Of a stretch of DNA of 64,000 bases, positions 39,468 through 49,321 are shown one piece after another. Below the pieces are notes generated by a model. That model searched no databases and had not been told where the DNA came from. It worked only from the letters and a program-made list of their open reading frames with translations. The stretch is taken from positions 1,152,001 through 1,216,000 of the forward strand of contig OZ241889.1 of assembly GCA_965203355.1 (NCBI GenBank). Reading direction: 5' to 3'. The translations under genes and the position numbers were made by a program. The first letter of the stretch is position 1. Every line of letters starts with the position of its first letter. The stretch is from Candidatus Latescibacterota bacterium. Its GTDB lineage: Bacteria; Latescibacterota; UBA2968; UBA8231.

Positions 39468-40562
39468 ATGCTAAAGCGAATTCACATTGATAACTACAAG
39501 TGCCTTACCAATTTCGATCTGCGTTTTGGGGAACTAACGTTGCTGCTTGGAGCAAATGGATGTGGTAAGTCAGCCGTATTTGAGGTTGTGGGGAAATTGC
39601 GCGACTTTGTACGCGGCGATGCACGGGTCAATGACTTGTTTCCCGCTGCTGACATCACGCGCTGGAGTACAAAACTCGAGCAACACTTTGAATTGGAAGT
39701 GGCCATCCCCGGTGCAGTATGCCTTTACCGGCTTGTAATTGAACACAACTTGGAAAGACGATTCGCACGAGTAATACGCGAAGAGCTCCTGTCCGATGAC
39801 AAGCCACTCTTTGTCTTTTTTAACGGCGACGTACAACTCTACCGCGATGATCATAGTGAGGGGCCAAAATACTCTTTCGATTGGACACAATCGGGTCTTG
39901 CTCCCGTGGCCGAACGGCACGACAATACCCGGTTGTGTGCATTCCGAGATCAAGTCCGCCGTTTTGTGACGCTTTTCTTAGAGACTAAACGCATGAGGAG
40001 CGGTTCGGACTCCGACACTGACCGGATCAGCGACAGCGGCGAGAATTTTGCTTCGTGGTATCAGGGGTGCTTACAAGAGAATCCGAACCCGATCTTTGAG
40101 GCGATGAATCACCTAGGCGACGTCCTGCCCGGTTTCACTGGCCTGAGGCTTGTACAAAAAGGTAGTGATTACAGGGAACTGTACGCCGATTTTTCTCCAA
40201 AAGATGGAAAAGCAGGTAGCAGCTATCGGTTTGATCAACTCTCAGACGGTCAGCGTGCATTGATCACACTGCATTTGCTGCTCTTTGCCGGTGATACTGA
40301 GCGCACTTTGTTTTTGGATGAGCCGGACAACTATATAACCCTCCCGGAATTGCAGCCTTGGCTCGCCGAGTTAGAGGATGGCTGTGGCGACACGCTGCCA
40401 CAGACGATATTGATTTCGCATCACCCCGAAGCGATTGATTTTCTCAGCCGTCAGGCGGTTTGGTTGGGGCGCGAACCGGAGAGTCATACGCGCATCTTGG
40501 ATGTCAAAAACGATACGATGTTAAAAGCATCCGAACTCTACGCCCAAGGGCTTGTACCGTGA
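39468..40562 (+). CDS. ABC/AAA_21-type ATPase, defence-associated type
   Basis: IDNYKCL, GANGCGKS, LSDGQR, FLDEPDN, ISHHP; no TM; lower GC. Confidence 0.88.
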   Translation: MLKRIHIDNYKCLTNFDLRFGELTLLLGANGCGKSAVFEVVGKLRDFVRGDARVNDLFPAADITRWSTKLEQHFELEVAIPGAVCLYRLVIEHNLERRFARVIREELLSDDKPLFVFFNGDVQLYRDDHSEGPKYSFDWTQSGLAPVAERHDNTRLCAFRDQVRRFVTLFLETKRMRSGSDSDTDRISDSGENFASWYQGCLQENPNPIFEAMNHLGDVLPGFTGLRLVQKGSDYRELYADFSPKDGKAGSSYRFDQLSDGQRALITLHLLLFAGDTERTLFLDEPDNYITLPELQPWLAELEDGCGDTLPQTILISHHPEAIDFLSRQAVWLGREPESHTRILDVKNDTMLKASELYAQGLVP

Positions 40563-41071
40563 ATCACCCTAAAATAACCGTCCTCTGCGAAGACAAACAG
40601 CACGAAACTTTTATCCGAAGATTTCTTAGAAAACGCAATCGCAAGATATACGCTGTGCCGAGAACCGGCGCAGGCGCGGGTGATCAATTCGTGCGGGATA
40701 ACTATCCTGCACAACTGGACGCTGTCCGCAAACGCGGTGGTATTCTTGTGGTGATGATTGATGGAGATGAAAACGGCATCAAGCAACGGCAGAAACAAAT
40801 AGATGAGGCCTGCAAGCAAAGGGGTATTTCGCCGCGTAAACCAAGAGACAAGGTCGCCATCTTTGTTCCCATGCGTAATATCGAAACTTGGCTTGCCTAT
40901 CTAGATGGCGAGGATGTGAACGAGACGGACACATACCCTCGACTTGAGCGAGAGCGGCAATGTCGAAGACACGTTGACATTCTTTATCAGATGTGCATTG
41001 AGGAGCAGTTGCGAGCTCCTGCGCCAGCATCGTTAGAAGCGGCCTGTCGTGAATATGACAACGTCTTTTGA
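40559..41071 (+). CDS. TOPRIM-like (DUF4276/RloB-like) ATPase partner
   Basis: VLCED, VVMIDGD, RNIETWL acidic motifs; GTGA overlap with the ATPase stop. Confidence 0.65.
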   Translation: MNHPKITVLCEDKQHETFIRRFLRKRNRKIYAVPRTGAGAGDQFVRDNYPAQLDAVRKRGGILVVMIDGDENGIKQRQKQIDEACKQRGISPRKPRDKVAIFVPMRNIETWLAYLDGEDVNETDTYPRLERERQCRRHVDILYQMCIEEQLRAPAPASLEAACREYDNVF

Positions 41072-41364
41072 TCGTATTGAAGTCCCATACCTACAGCACC
41101 ACCTTGCTGAATTTCGTGAGGATCGGTCGCGTTGAGTTACTCGGTCAGCTTGGCGCATCGGTCGTGCTGCTCGACCAAGTTCTCGCTGAAGTGAGGCGTC
41201 CAGTAGTTGACAATGCTGTGGCGGCTGGCACATTTGCTCTACAGATCGTTCGCAATCCAGTGGAAGTTACTCTGTTTGCAGAACTTAGTGCGGGTGGGCG
41301 GCTTGGTGCTGGCGAAGGAAAGAATGGGCCTCACCACAAAGGTAAGAACACCAAATACCGATAG
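41068..41364 (+). pseudogene. Truncated PIN-domain (DUF3368-like) remnant
   Basis: STTLLNFVRIGRVELL...VLAEV...RLGAGE, then diverges; first catalytic Asp missing. Confidence 0.5.
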
Positions 41365-41472
41365 TAATCCATGCTCATCCTGCACTGGCTAACGCGAAAT
41401 ACCGACCGCCACGCTGCCGCCCGCGTCAACCGAGCGTCCGGGGTGCGGCAGCAGTTGGCGGATATGCTGTAG

Positions 41473-42750
41473 ATGAGCTACGCCCAGCTCATCCGCTTCA
41501 TGTTGCCCTTGGTGGTGACGGCGCTGGTGCAAGAGCTCAGCGGCCAGTTTCTCAACGGCGGCATGGCGCGGATGCCGCGGGCGGTCGAAACGCTGGCCGC
41601 CTTTGGCTTGGCCTTTGGTTTGGCTTTGTTCCTCTCCGGCACCCTGTCTCAGGTGCGGCAGCTCGGCTTGGTTCTCGTCGAACACACCCAAAGCTACCGC
41701 GTCTGTTGCCGCTTTGTGCTCGCCGCTGGACTGCTATTGGCCGGTATCTTGGCCAGCTTGGCGCTGACCCCGCTGGGGTCTTGGATCATCAACGATCTGC
41801 ACGGGGTCGATCCCGCGCTCGGCGACGCCGCGCGCTTGGCTCTGCTGTGGCTCGTTCCCTTCCCCGTGCTGCACGGGATGGCGCGCTTTTACAGCGGCGA
41901 ACTCATCCGCGTCCGCCGCACCGACATCCCCGCCTACGCCACCACCATTGGGATCGCCTGCAGCATCTTAGCCGTGTTTGCGCTGCTGCCGCTTGGTTTT
42001 GTCCGCCAGACTCCCATCTTACTGCCGGTTCTCGCCACGTACATGGGGGCTATCGCCGAGCTTGGCGTAGTTGCGTGGGGACGCTGGCGCTTGGTGCATT
42101 GGCCTGAGCCAGCCAACAGGCCGCTTCTGACTTACTTCTACGTCCTGCGCTTCTTTTGGCCCTTAGCGCTGATCATGGCGGTGCAGGCCGGCACCCGGCC
42201 GCTGATCAACGCGTTCGTCGCCCGCAGTGCCAACGGCACCGAAGCACTGGCCGCGTTGACCATTGTCTATGCGATCGGCCACATCCCCTATGGCTGGCTC
42301 AACGAACTGCGCAACCTGCCGACGGCTTTCCGCCAAGAAGGGGATTTAGCCAAAATCCGCCGCTTTTGCTTGGGCTGTTGTCTGTTTTCCTGTGCGTGGA
42401 TGGTGGGGCTGTTTTGGACGCCGGCCGTTGACTATATCCTCGGCACTTGGATCGGCATTGGCCCCGAGTTGATCGCCGACTGCAAGGTGCCGCTGCTGAT
42501 TTTTACGGGCTTTCCCTTTGTCGTCAGTCTGCGTAGTTACTTTCACGGCATTGGCCTGCTCCAACACCGCACCCAAGCGATGGCCCCGAGTGCCCCGTCG
42601 CGGGTCGCGACCGTCTTGCTGATGCTAGCCCTGCTGGCCAATTTTGAGATCCACGGGGTGACGCAAGCCGTAGGTGCCTTGATCAGCGGCCACACCGTGG
42701 AGGCTTTGGTCGTCTGGTGGACCATCGGGCGCGGGCGGCGCACCTATTGA
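41473..42750 (+). CDS. MATE/ANKH-like membrane transporter
   Basis: About 12 TM with two-fold internal repeat (RFMLPL / RFFWPLAL). Confidence 0.75.
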   Translation: MSYAQLIRFMLPLVVTALVQELSGQFLNGGMARMPRAVETLAAFGLAFGLALFLSGTLSQVRQLGLVLVEHTQSYRVCCRFVLAAGLLLAGILASLALTPLGSWIINDLHGVDPALGDAARLALLWLVPFPVLHGMARFYSGELIRVRRTDIPAYATTIGIACSILAVFALLPLGFVRQTPILLPVLATYMGAIAELGVVAWGRWRLVHWPEPANRPLLTYFYVLRFFWPLALIMAVQAGTRPLINAFVARSANGTEALAALTIVYAIGHIPYGWLNELRNLPTAFRQEGDLAKIRRFCLGCCLFSCAWMVGLFWTPAVDYILGTWIGIGPELIADCKVPLLIFTGFPFVVSLRSYFHGIGLLQHRTQAMAPSAPSRVATVLLMLALLANFEIHGVTQAVGALISGHTVEALVVWWTIGRGRRTY

Positions 42751-42847
42751 CGCAGCTAGGTCTGTGGCCAAAGTTCTACGCAAGCCGCGCGTGGACCGCC
42801 CCTCGCGGCGGCCCGGACCCAACCACAAAACACCGGAAAAGGACGCC

Positions 42848-44488
42848 ATGCCCATGAACGGCAACCAAGCCATTGCCCACATCCTCAAGGCCGAAGGCGT
42901 CGAGTGGCTGTCGGCTTTCCCCGCTCAGTCGCTGATCGACGAGGCCGCACGCGCTGGGATCCGGCCCGTTATCTGTCGCCAAGAGCGGACGGGCGTCAAC
43001 ATGGCCGACGGCTTCAGCCGCACGACCAATGGCCGCCCCTTTGGCGTTTTCACCATGCAGACCGGGCCGGGTGCTGAAAACGCGCTCGGCGGCGCGGCCC
43101 AAGCCTACGCCGATGCCGTCCCCTTGCTGCTCTTGCCCGGCGGCGTGGCCACGGCCCGCACCCAAGTGCCGCCCAACTTCGACGCGGTGGCCAATTACCG
43201 CGGCATCACCAAATGGGCCGCCAACATCAACCGCGTCGAGCGCATTCCCGAACTGATGCGCCGCGCCTTTAGCCAACTCGCCCACGGCCGGCCCGGGCCG
43301 GTGTTGGTGGAAATTCCCAGCGATTTAGGTGCGGCCGGGTTGCCCGGCGATCTCGCCTACCAACCGATCAAGGCCTGCAAATCCGCCGCCGACTCAGACG
43401 CGGTGCGCGACTTGGTTGCCGCGCTGATCAAAGCCGAATGCCCGATCATCAACGCCGGGCACGGCGCGTTGTGGGCCGAAGCCACCGACCAACTCGTGGC
43501 CCTTGCCGAGCTGCTCAATGTGCCCGTTATGACGACCTTGGCCGGCAAGAGCGCGTTTCCGGAAAATCACGCGCTCGCGCTGGGCACTGGCGGCCACACT
43601 GGCACGCTGATGGTTGATCGCTTCTTGCAAAAGACCGACTTCGTCTTGGGCGTGGGCACTAGCTTCACCGTCTCGGTCTTCAATGCTCCCATGCCCGACC
43701 GCGCCGTCTTGGCGCAGGTGACCAACTGTGCGGAAGATCTCAACAAGGACTACCGAATTGACTTGGGGGCTGTCGGCGATGCGCGGCTCGTGCTGGAGCA
43801 GATCATCGAGGAAGTCCGTCGGCAGCTTGGGGCCGACGGGCGCGCAGACGGCGGAGTGGCGGCCGAGATCGCAGCTAGCCGCGCCGAGTTCAATGCCGCA
43901 TGGGCGCCGCGGTTCCGTTCGGACGAAGTGCCGATAAACCCCTACCGGGTCTTTGCCGAACTCGCCCGCGCCGTGGATGTGGCCAACACCATTATCACCC
44001 ACGACTCGGGCTATCCCCGCGATCAACTCGTGCCGTTCTGGCGGCCCCAAGTCCCCAGAGGGTACATCGGTTGGGGCAAATCGACCCAGCTCGGTTACGG
44101 CTTAGGCTTGGCATTGGGGGCCAAGTTAGCCGCGCCCGACAAGCAGGTCATCAACATCATGGGCGACGCGGCTTTTGGCATGGCCGGCCTCGACATTGAG
44201 ACCGCCGTGCGCGCGGAAATTCCCATTTTGACGGTGGTGCTCAACAACGGCGTGATGACCCATTACGACCATCACATGCCCTACGCGACCGAGCACTGGC
44301 AGAGCAATCGGCTCGGCGGGCATTACGCGCAAGTAGCCGAGGCCCTTGGCGCCCACGCCGAGCGCGTCGAAGCGATCGCGGATTTGGCCGCGGCCATTCA
44401 GCGTGCCCTTGCGGCCAACAGCGAGGGACGCGCCGCCCTGTTGGAGGTAATGACCAAGGCGGAAGAAAACGTCGCCAAGTTTTGGTAG
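42848..44488 (+). CDS. TPP-dependent enzyme, acetolactate synthase-like
   Basis: RQERTGVNMADG, GPG, RPGPVLVEIP, GDAAFG...NNG. Confidence 0.92.
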   Translation: MPMNGNQAIAHILKAEGVEWLSAFPAQSLIDEAARAGIRPVICRQERTGVNMADGFSRTTNGRPFGVFTMQTGPGAENALGGAAQAYADAVPLLLLPGGVATARTQVPPNFDAVANYRGITKWAANINRVERIPELMRRAFSQLAHGRPGPVLVEIPSDLGAAGLPGDLAYQPIKACKSAADSDAVRDLVAALIKAECPIINAGHGALWAEATDQLVALAELLNVPVMTTLAGKSAFPENHALALGTGGHTGTLMVDRFLQKTDFVLGVGTSFTVSVFNAPMPDRAVLAQVTNCAEDLNKDYRIDLGAVGDARLVLEQIIEEVRRQLGADGRADGGVAAEIAASRAEFNAAWAPRFRSDEVPINPYRVFAELARAVDVANTIITHDSGYPRDQLVPFWRPQVPRGYIGWGKSTQLGYGLGLALGAKLAAPDKQVINIMGDAAFGMAGLDIETAVRAEIPILTVVLNNGVMTHYDHHMPYATEHWQSNRLGGHYAQVAEALGAHAERVEAIADLAAAIQRALAANSEGRAALLEVMTKAEENVAKFW

Positions 44489-44499
44489 AGGAGGAGCAA

Positions 44500-45582
44500 A
44501 TGCAGCCATACAAAGCCGTCCTCATCGGCTGTAGTCGCATGGGGGCTTTCATCGACAACGAAGTTCCGGCCGATATGCGTCCATATTCCCACGCCGCTGG
44601 GTACGAGGCTTGCGCGCGCACAGACCTCGTCGCCTGCTCGGACCTGCGCGTTGATGTGATGGAAAGGGTCGGCGTACGCTACGGTATTCCGGCGGACAAG
44701 CAGTACACTGACTATCGGGAGATGCTCGCCTGCGAAAAGCCGGACCTCGTCAGCGTCGCCACCCAACCCGAGCACCGCGCCGCTATCGTGCTGGCAGCGA
44801 CCGAAGCGGGTGCCCGCGCCATCTACGCGGAAAAGGCGTTCTCGGCCTCGCTGGCCGAAGCCGACCGCATGGTCGAAGCCTGCCAGCGTCACAACGTCGC
44901 GCTCAACATGGGCACCAATCGCCGCTTTCACCCGGGCTACGACCAGATGAAAGCCGTCATTGACTCCGGGGAAATCGGCGCGTTGCAAACCCTCATCATT
45001 CACCAGACCAGTGCGCTCTTCAACGGCGCTAGCCACAGCTTTGACTTGCTCCAGCGTCTCAACTCGGACGCCCCGGCCGCTTGGGTGCAAGCGCATTTGC
45101 CCAATGGCGACGAGATCATCGATGGCGATATCCTGCGCGAAGACCCGGTTGGGCATGGCATCATCCAGTTTGCCAACGGAGTCACCGCGTACGCGCTCAA
45201 CTCGGGTCGGGGGCTGGAAGTGGAGGCTGTCTGCGAAAAAGGCGTGGTGACGGCACTGGGCCATGATAAGGAGTGGCAGCTACGGGCGCCGGTGGCACAG
45301 GATCACCGAGGCCGCGATATGTTGGGATGGGTGGAATTCCCTGATTTCGAGCAACGAGCTTCGACGCTCTGCTTGATCGAGGATCTGGTACACTCACTCG
45401 ATACGGGCGTGCCTCCGCGTGGCGGCGCAGCGCTGGCGCGGGCTAATACCGAACTGATCTTCGCGTTTGTCGAGTCGCATCAGCGCGGCGGTGCTCGCGT
45501 AGAGCTGCCGCTTGACGGGAGCAAGTATCGGCTGGATCGAGATCGCGCGCCGCGGCAGCCCAAGTACGAGCCGGACGCTTGA
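44500..45582 (+). CDS. Gfo/Idh/MocA oxidoreductase
   Basis: LIGCSRMG, YAEKA; paralogue of 20191..21267. Confidence 0.88.
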   Translation: MQPYKAVLIGCSRMGAFIDNEVPADMRPYSHAAGYEACARTDLVACSDLRVDVMERVGVRYGIPADKQYTDYREMLACEKPDLVSVATQPEHRAAIVLAATEAGARAIYAEKAFSASLAEADRMVEACQRHNVALNMGTNRRFHPGYDQMKAVIDSGEIGALQTLIIHQTSALFNGASHSFDLLQRLNSDAPAAWVQAHLPNGDEIIDGDILREDPVGHGIIQFANGVTAYALNSGRGLEVEAVCEKGVVTALGHDKEWQLRAPVAQDHRGRDMLGWVEFPDFEQRASTLCLIEDLVHSLDTGVPPRGGAALARANTELIFAFVESHQRGGARVELPLDGSKYRLDRDRAPRQPKYEPDA

Positions 45583-45630
45583 GCCTGTCTGATATAGATA
45601 TAGTATCCATATTGCCGCTCAATTTACCTG

Positions 45631-47037
45631 TCAGTTGGGCGCGTGCTGTGCGGCTTGTTCGATCAAGAGCCGATCCTGCTGGCTTTGCCGCACCTGTGCC
45701 TCTATCGCGACCGGATCCCACTCGGCCAACAGCCGTTCTTGGAGATCGGCTAAGGTCGCCGCGTGGGCGGGATGGTTCGCTAGGTCGTCGAACTCGTTGG
45801 GGTCGGCCTCTACGTCGTATAGCTGAGGCGGATCGCCCAAACTGTAGTGGAGCTTGTACCGGCCGCGCCGCAACATGGCCGTTGGCCGCTGCACACCATG
45901 GGCTAGATATTCGGAAAATGCTTCATCTTTCCAGTTTGCGTCTTGCCCTTGCAGCAATCCCAACAGGCTATCGCCGTCCAACGACCCGGCGCTGGGTGCG
46001 TCGGCGACTTCGACGATGGTTGCGACCAGATCGACCAGCGACACTACTTCGTTGAGGTGCTGACCGGGCGGGATTTGCCCGGGATAGACCATTTGCAGCG
46101 GCACTTTGGCGGACGCCTCGTACAGGCTCGACTTCCGCCACATGCCGTGCTCGCCGTTCATTTCCCCGTGATCGCTGAAGTGCGCGATGAGCGTGTTGTC
46201 GCGCTGGCCGGTTTCTGCTAGGACGGCGAGCAGACGGCCGATTTTCTCGTCTAAATAGGTAATGAGTCCATAGTACCCGGCGCGGGCGCGGCGCACCTGC
46301 GCTGCGGGGAAATCGACCGCCCCAAACATGGCCCGCATCCGCTGGTGGACGGGGTGCTGGCTTTCGAGGTGGCCGGGGGGAATCTCCGGCATGTCGATTT
46401 GGTCGAGAGGATAGAGGTTGAAAAACCGCTCGGGCACTACGAGCGGAAAATGCGGCGCAATAAACGAGACATTCAGGGCCCAAGGCCGCTCCTTGCGGGC
46501 CGGGTCGCGCAGGTAGGCCAGCGCTTGTTCTTCTGCCAGATCATCGACTTCGATCTCCAAGGTTGTCCCCGGCCCGGCCGCGGCGACCCCGCCCCAGGGC
46601 TTGTCGGCCGGCGGCGTGCCTTTGCGCCAGTCGGGCGTGCCGCGCAGGACGCCTTCTTTGGTCCACAACTCGGCGTGCAAGTCGCGCGCTAGCTGGGCGC
46701 GGAAGCCGTGCAGTTGGTCGGGGCCGCAAAAGTGCTGTTTGCCCGAGAGCACCACGTCGTAGCCCACGGCGCGCAGCCGATGGGCCCAAGTAACCGCATC
46801 CGACGGCAGGGGGCTGGCATTGTCAAAGGCCCTGATCTGGTTGATGTAGCGGCCGGTCATAAACGACATCCGCGATGGGAGGCAGAGCGGAGAATTGCAA
46901 TAGGCGTTGGCAAAGGTCGCGCCTTCGGCCGCCAGTTGATCCATAAAGGGCGTCTGTACGAGTGGATGCCCGTAGGGGCCGCTGTACATGGGCGCGTGTT
47001 CGTCCGTCATAATGAACAGTATGTTGGGGCGATTCAC
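45631..47037 (-). CDS. Sulfatase, choline sulfatase-like
   Basis: NILFIMTDEH, CLPSR, GKQH, SDHG, WRK. Confidence 0.93.
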   Translation of the reverse strand: MNRPNILFIMTDEHAPMYSGPYGHPLVQTPFMDQLAAEGATFANAYCNSPLCLPSRMSFMTGRYINQIRAFDNASPLPSDAVTWAHRLRAVGYDVVLSGKQHFCGPDQLHGFRAQLARDLHAELWTKEGVLRGTPDWRKGTPPADKPWGGVAAAGPGTTLEIEVDDLAEEQALAYLRDPARKERPWALNVSFIAPHFPLVVPERFFNLYPLDQIDMPEIPPGHLESQHPVHQRMRAMFGAVDFPAAQVRRARAGYYGLITYLDEKIGRLLAVLAETGQRDNTLIAHFSDHGEMNGEHGMWRKSSLYEASAKVPLQMVYPGQIPPGQHLNEVVSLVDLVATIVEVADAPSAGSLDGDSLLGLLQGQDANWKDEAFSEYLAHGVQRPTAMLRRGRYKLHYSLGDPPQLYDVEADPNEFDDLANHPAHAATLADLQERLLAEWDPVAIEAQVRQSQQDRLLIEQAAQHAPN

Positions 47038-47079
47038 GGGTTGCTCCTAGTTTGTCGGATGGAAAGTTGCGGCCAACGC

Positions 47080-47508
47080 TCAGCCATCGGCCCGGACGCC
47101 CAAGCCGTGGACATAGACCAATTTGCTGCCGCAGTAGCCCGTCCACAAGACCAAGCCGCCGATCAGGACGCCCAGGGCGATCCACGCATAGAGCGGCCAT
47201 CCGGTAAGCCGCCCCTTGAGGTGCAATGGCAAGCGCCCGAGAACGGCTCCCAATCCCAACAGCAAGGTCCAAGTGGCGAGGGAGTCGTGGGTGGCTAACG
47301 GCGCGGCCGCCGACCCATCCCAAGCCTCGGTCGCGGCCGCATTACCGCTGAGCACGGCCGCGGTCGCCGCTAGCACACCCAACACCAGCAAGCCGTACGC
47401 TAGGTGATGCCCAGCGCGGCGACCGAGGCACAGCGCCCCTATATCGCACAGCGGGCTAAGCGACAAGAAGGCGATCGGATAGTGGACGATGAAGGGATGC
47501 CAGTCCAT
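47080..47508 (-). CDS. DUF2231-family membrane protein
   Basis: HPFIVHYPIA; TGYCGSKLVYVHGLGV. Confidence 0.8.
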   Translation of the reverse strand: MDWHPFIVHYPIAFLSLSPLCDIGALCLGRRAGHHLAYGLLVLGVLAATAAVLSGNAAATEAWDGSAAAPLATHDSLATWTLLLGLGAVLGRLPLHLKGRLTGWPLYAWIALGVLIGGLVLWTGYCGSKLVYVHGLGVRADG

Positions 47509-47513
47509 TTTTT

Positions 47514-47679
47514 AGTGGTCAGTGGTCAGTGGTCAGTGGTCAGTGGTCAGTGGTCAGTTTCCCCGCTCTATCAGGGACGGGTCGGGACGGGACAGGTCAC
47601 TGGCCACCGGCCACTATCAGGGGACGGGTCGGGACGGGTCACCGGCCACCGGTCACCGGCCACTGGCCACCGACCACTG
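47514..47679. repeat. Inverted heptamer arrays with an internal duplicated spacer
   Basis: (AGTGGTC)x6 at 47514-47555; degenerate complementary heptamers at about 47598-47615 and 47640-47679; ctatcaggg(g)acgggtcgggacggg twice. Confidence 0.88.
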
Positions 47680-47752
47680 TTGTTTCCTAAGCGTCTGAAT
47701 GCGTCATTTGTGGAGAAGGACCATTCTCGATTCCCATAACCGGAGCAATGCC

Positions 47753-49045
47753 ATGGCCACGGATTTGTGCCAACACATTGAAGAGACGCTGCTAATTGAC
47801 ACGCACGAACACCTGCGCCAGGAGCGCGACTGGGTCGAGAACGGCCCGGACATTTTGCAAGACCTTTTTGGCAACTACGTGCCGGCCGATCTGATCGCCG
47901 CTGGTGCTACCCCCGCGGACCTGCACAAGCTCAACGACGCCTCCGACCCAGACTTGGAAGCGCGTTTTGACCGCATCCGCTCGGCCTTTGCGGCCATTCG
48001 CTTCACCGGCTACGGCGAGGCCGTGCGCATTCTCGCGCAGGGGGTCTATGGCATGGCCGACTTCAGCGCGGACGAGCTGCACAAGGCGCAAGAAAAGCTC
48101 GCGGCTTGGCGGCGGCCCGGCGGTCGGCACGAGTTGCTCAGCCAACTGGGTCGGCTCGACCACGTGCAGACCGACGACTTTTCTTGGCCCTGCCCGCCCG
48201 ACGAGTCTGGCGTGGACTTTTTTCTCTACGACTTGTCTTGGGCCGCCTTTTGCAACGGCCAGATCGACGCGGACGCCATTGAGCGCGAGACCGGCGTGGC
48301 CGTCGCCGATTTGGCCAGCCTCAAGCAGGGCATGGAAGCCATTTTCGCCCAGCACGGCCCCCATGCCATCGCGGTTAAAGCCCAACACGCATACAACCGC
48401 ACGTTGCGCTGGGAAGAGCGCACCGACGCCGACGCCGAGCGCGTACTCCAACGCTTGCTTCAGGGTGCGGAGCTCGACGAGCCGAGCCGGTTGCTGTTGG
48501 GCGACTGGTGCTGGGCGCGGGGTACTGAGCTGGCGATTGAATACGAGCTGCCGTTCAAGATCCACACTGGCTACTATGCTGGCAACGACCGCATGCCGGT
48601 TGACCGCATCAAAAGCGGCAACCTCTGCCCCTTGCTGGCCCGCTACCTCGATTGCCGCTTTGTGCTGATGCACATTGCCTATCCCTATTCCAACGAATTG
48701 GTCGCGCTGACCAAGCACTACCGCAACGTGTACGCCGATCTCTGCTGGGCGTGGTCCATTGACCCGTACAGCGCGTGCGACTTTGTGCGCCGCTTTATCC
48801 ACGCTGCTCCCGCGTCCAAGCTCTTTGCCTTTGGCGGCGACACGGGCTGGCCGACCAGTTCGGTGGCCTACGCGATTCAGGCGCGTCGCTGGCTGAATCG
48901 CGCGCTACAAGGCGAGATAGACGACGGCCTGCTGACCGAGGCTGAAGCCATAGGGCTGGCGACCCGCTTTATGCGCGGCAACCAAGCGGCCTGTTTTGAC
49001 TTGGCCGGGACGCGGCAGGCTTTGCGGGCTTCAGCGGCTGGCTAA
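47753..49045 (+). CDS. Amidohydrolase family 2 protein
   Basis: IDTHEH, KIHTG, LMHIAYPY, DLCWAW, FGGD. Confidence 0.88.
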   Translation: MATDLCQHIEETLLIDTHEHLRQERDWVENGPDILQDLFGNYVPADLIAAGATPADLHKLNDASDPDLEARFDRIRSAFAAIRFTGYGEAVRILAQGVYGMADFSADELHKAQEKLAAWRRPGGRHELLSQLGRLDHVQTDDFSWPCPPDESGVDFFLYDLSWAAFCNGQIDADAIERETGVAVADLASLKQGMEAIFAQHGPHAIAVKAQHAYNRTLRWEERTDADAERVLQRLLQGAELDEPSRLLLGDWCWARGTELAIEYELPFKIHTGYYAGNDRMPVDRIKSGNLCPLLARYLDCRFVLMHIAYPYSNELVALTKHYRNVYADLCWAWSIDPYSACDFVRRFIHAAPASKLFAFGGDTGWPTSSVAYAIQARRWLNRALQGEIDDGLLTEAEAIGLATRFMRGNQAACFDLAGTRQALRASAAG

Positions 49046-49149
49046 GTTGCGCCAAGGCCGGAACGCCAGCAAACGCTCGCGGTGTGCCCGCACCGTTCTG
49101 TCTTCGTACACCACAAGTTTTAGGCCGATCAGGGCCTCGAAATGCTGCC

Positions 49150-49320
49150 CAAAAACATCCCCATCAAATGCTAGATCTATTGTATGCAGTGCTACCGGAT
49201 GCGGCGTCGACTTGGCCTTTCGGCATTGGAGATATATTTGTGTTGATAAGCAAAGCGGAGCCTGCGCTGAAAACCAACGAAGAATTTCTCGAATTGAAGC
49301 GGCGATGGGATTCCCGTTAG
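49150..49320 (+). pseudogene. Orphan C-terminal fragment, possibly of a Dsr1-like SIR2 defence protein
   Basis: LDLLYAVLPDAASTWPFGI...FLELKRRWDSR resembles, from recall only, Dsr1-type C-termini. Confidence 0.4.
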
Positions 49321-49321
49321 T

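Noticed and set aside
41371-41472. Short ORF ending next to the MATE-like start (similar fragments near 9600-9695 and 39290-39377)
   Set aside because: Possibly gene remnants, but too short to assign.
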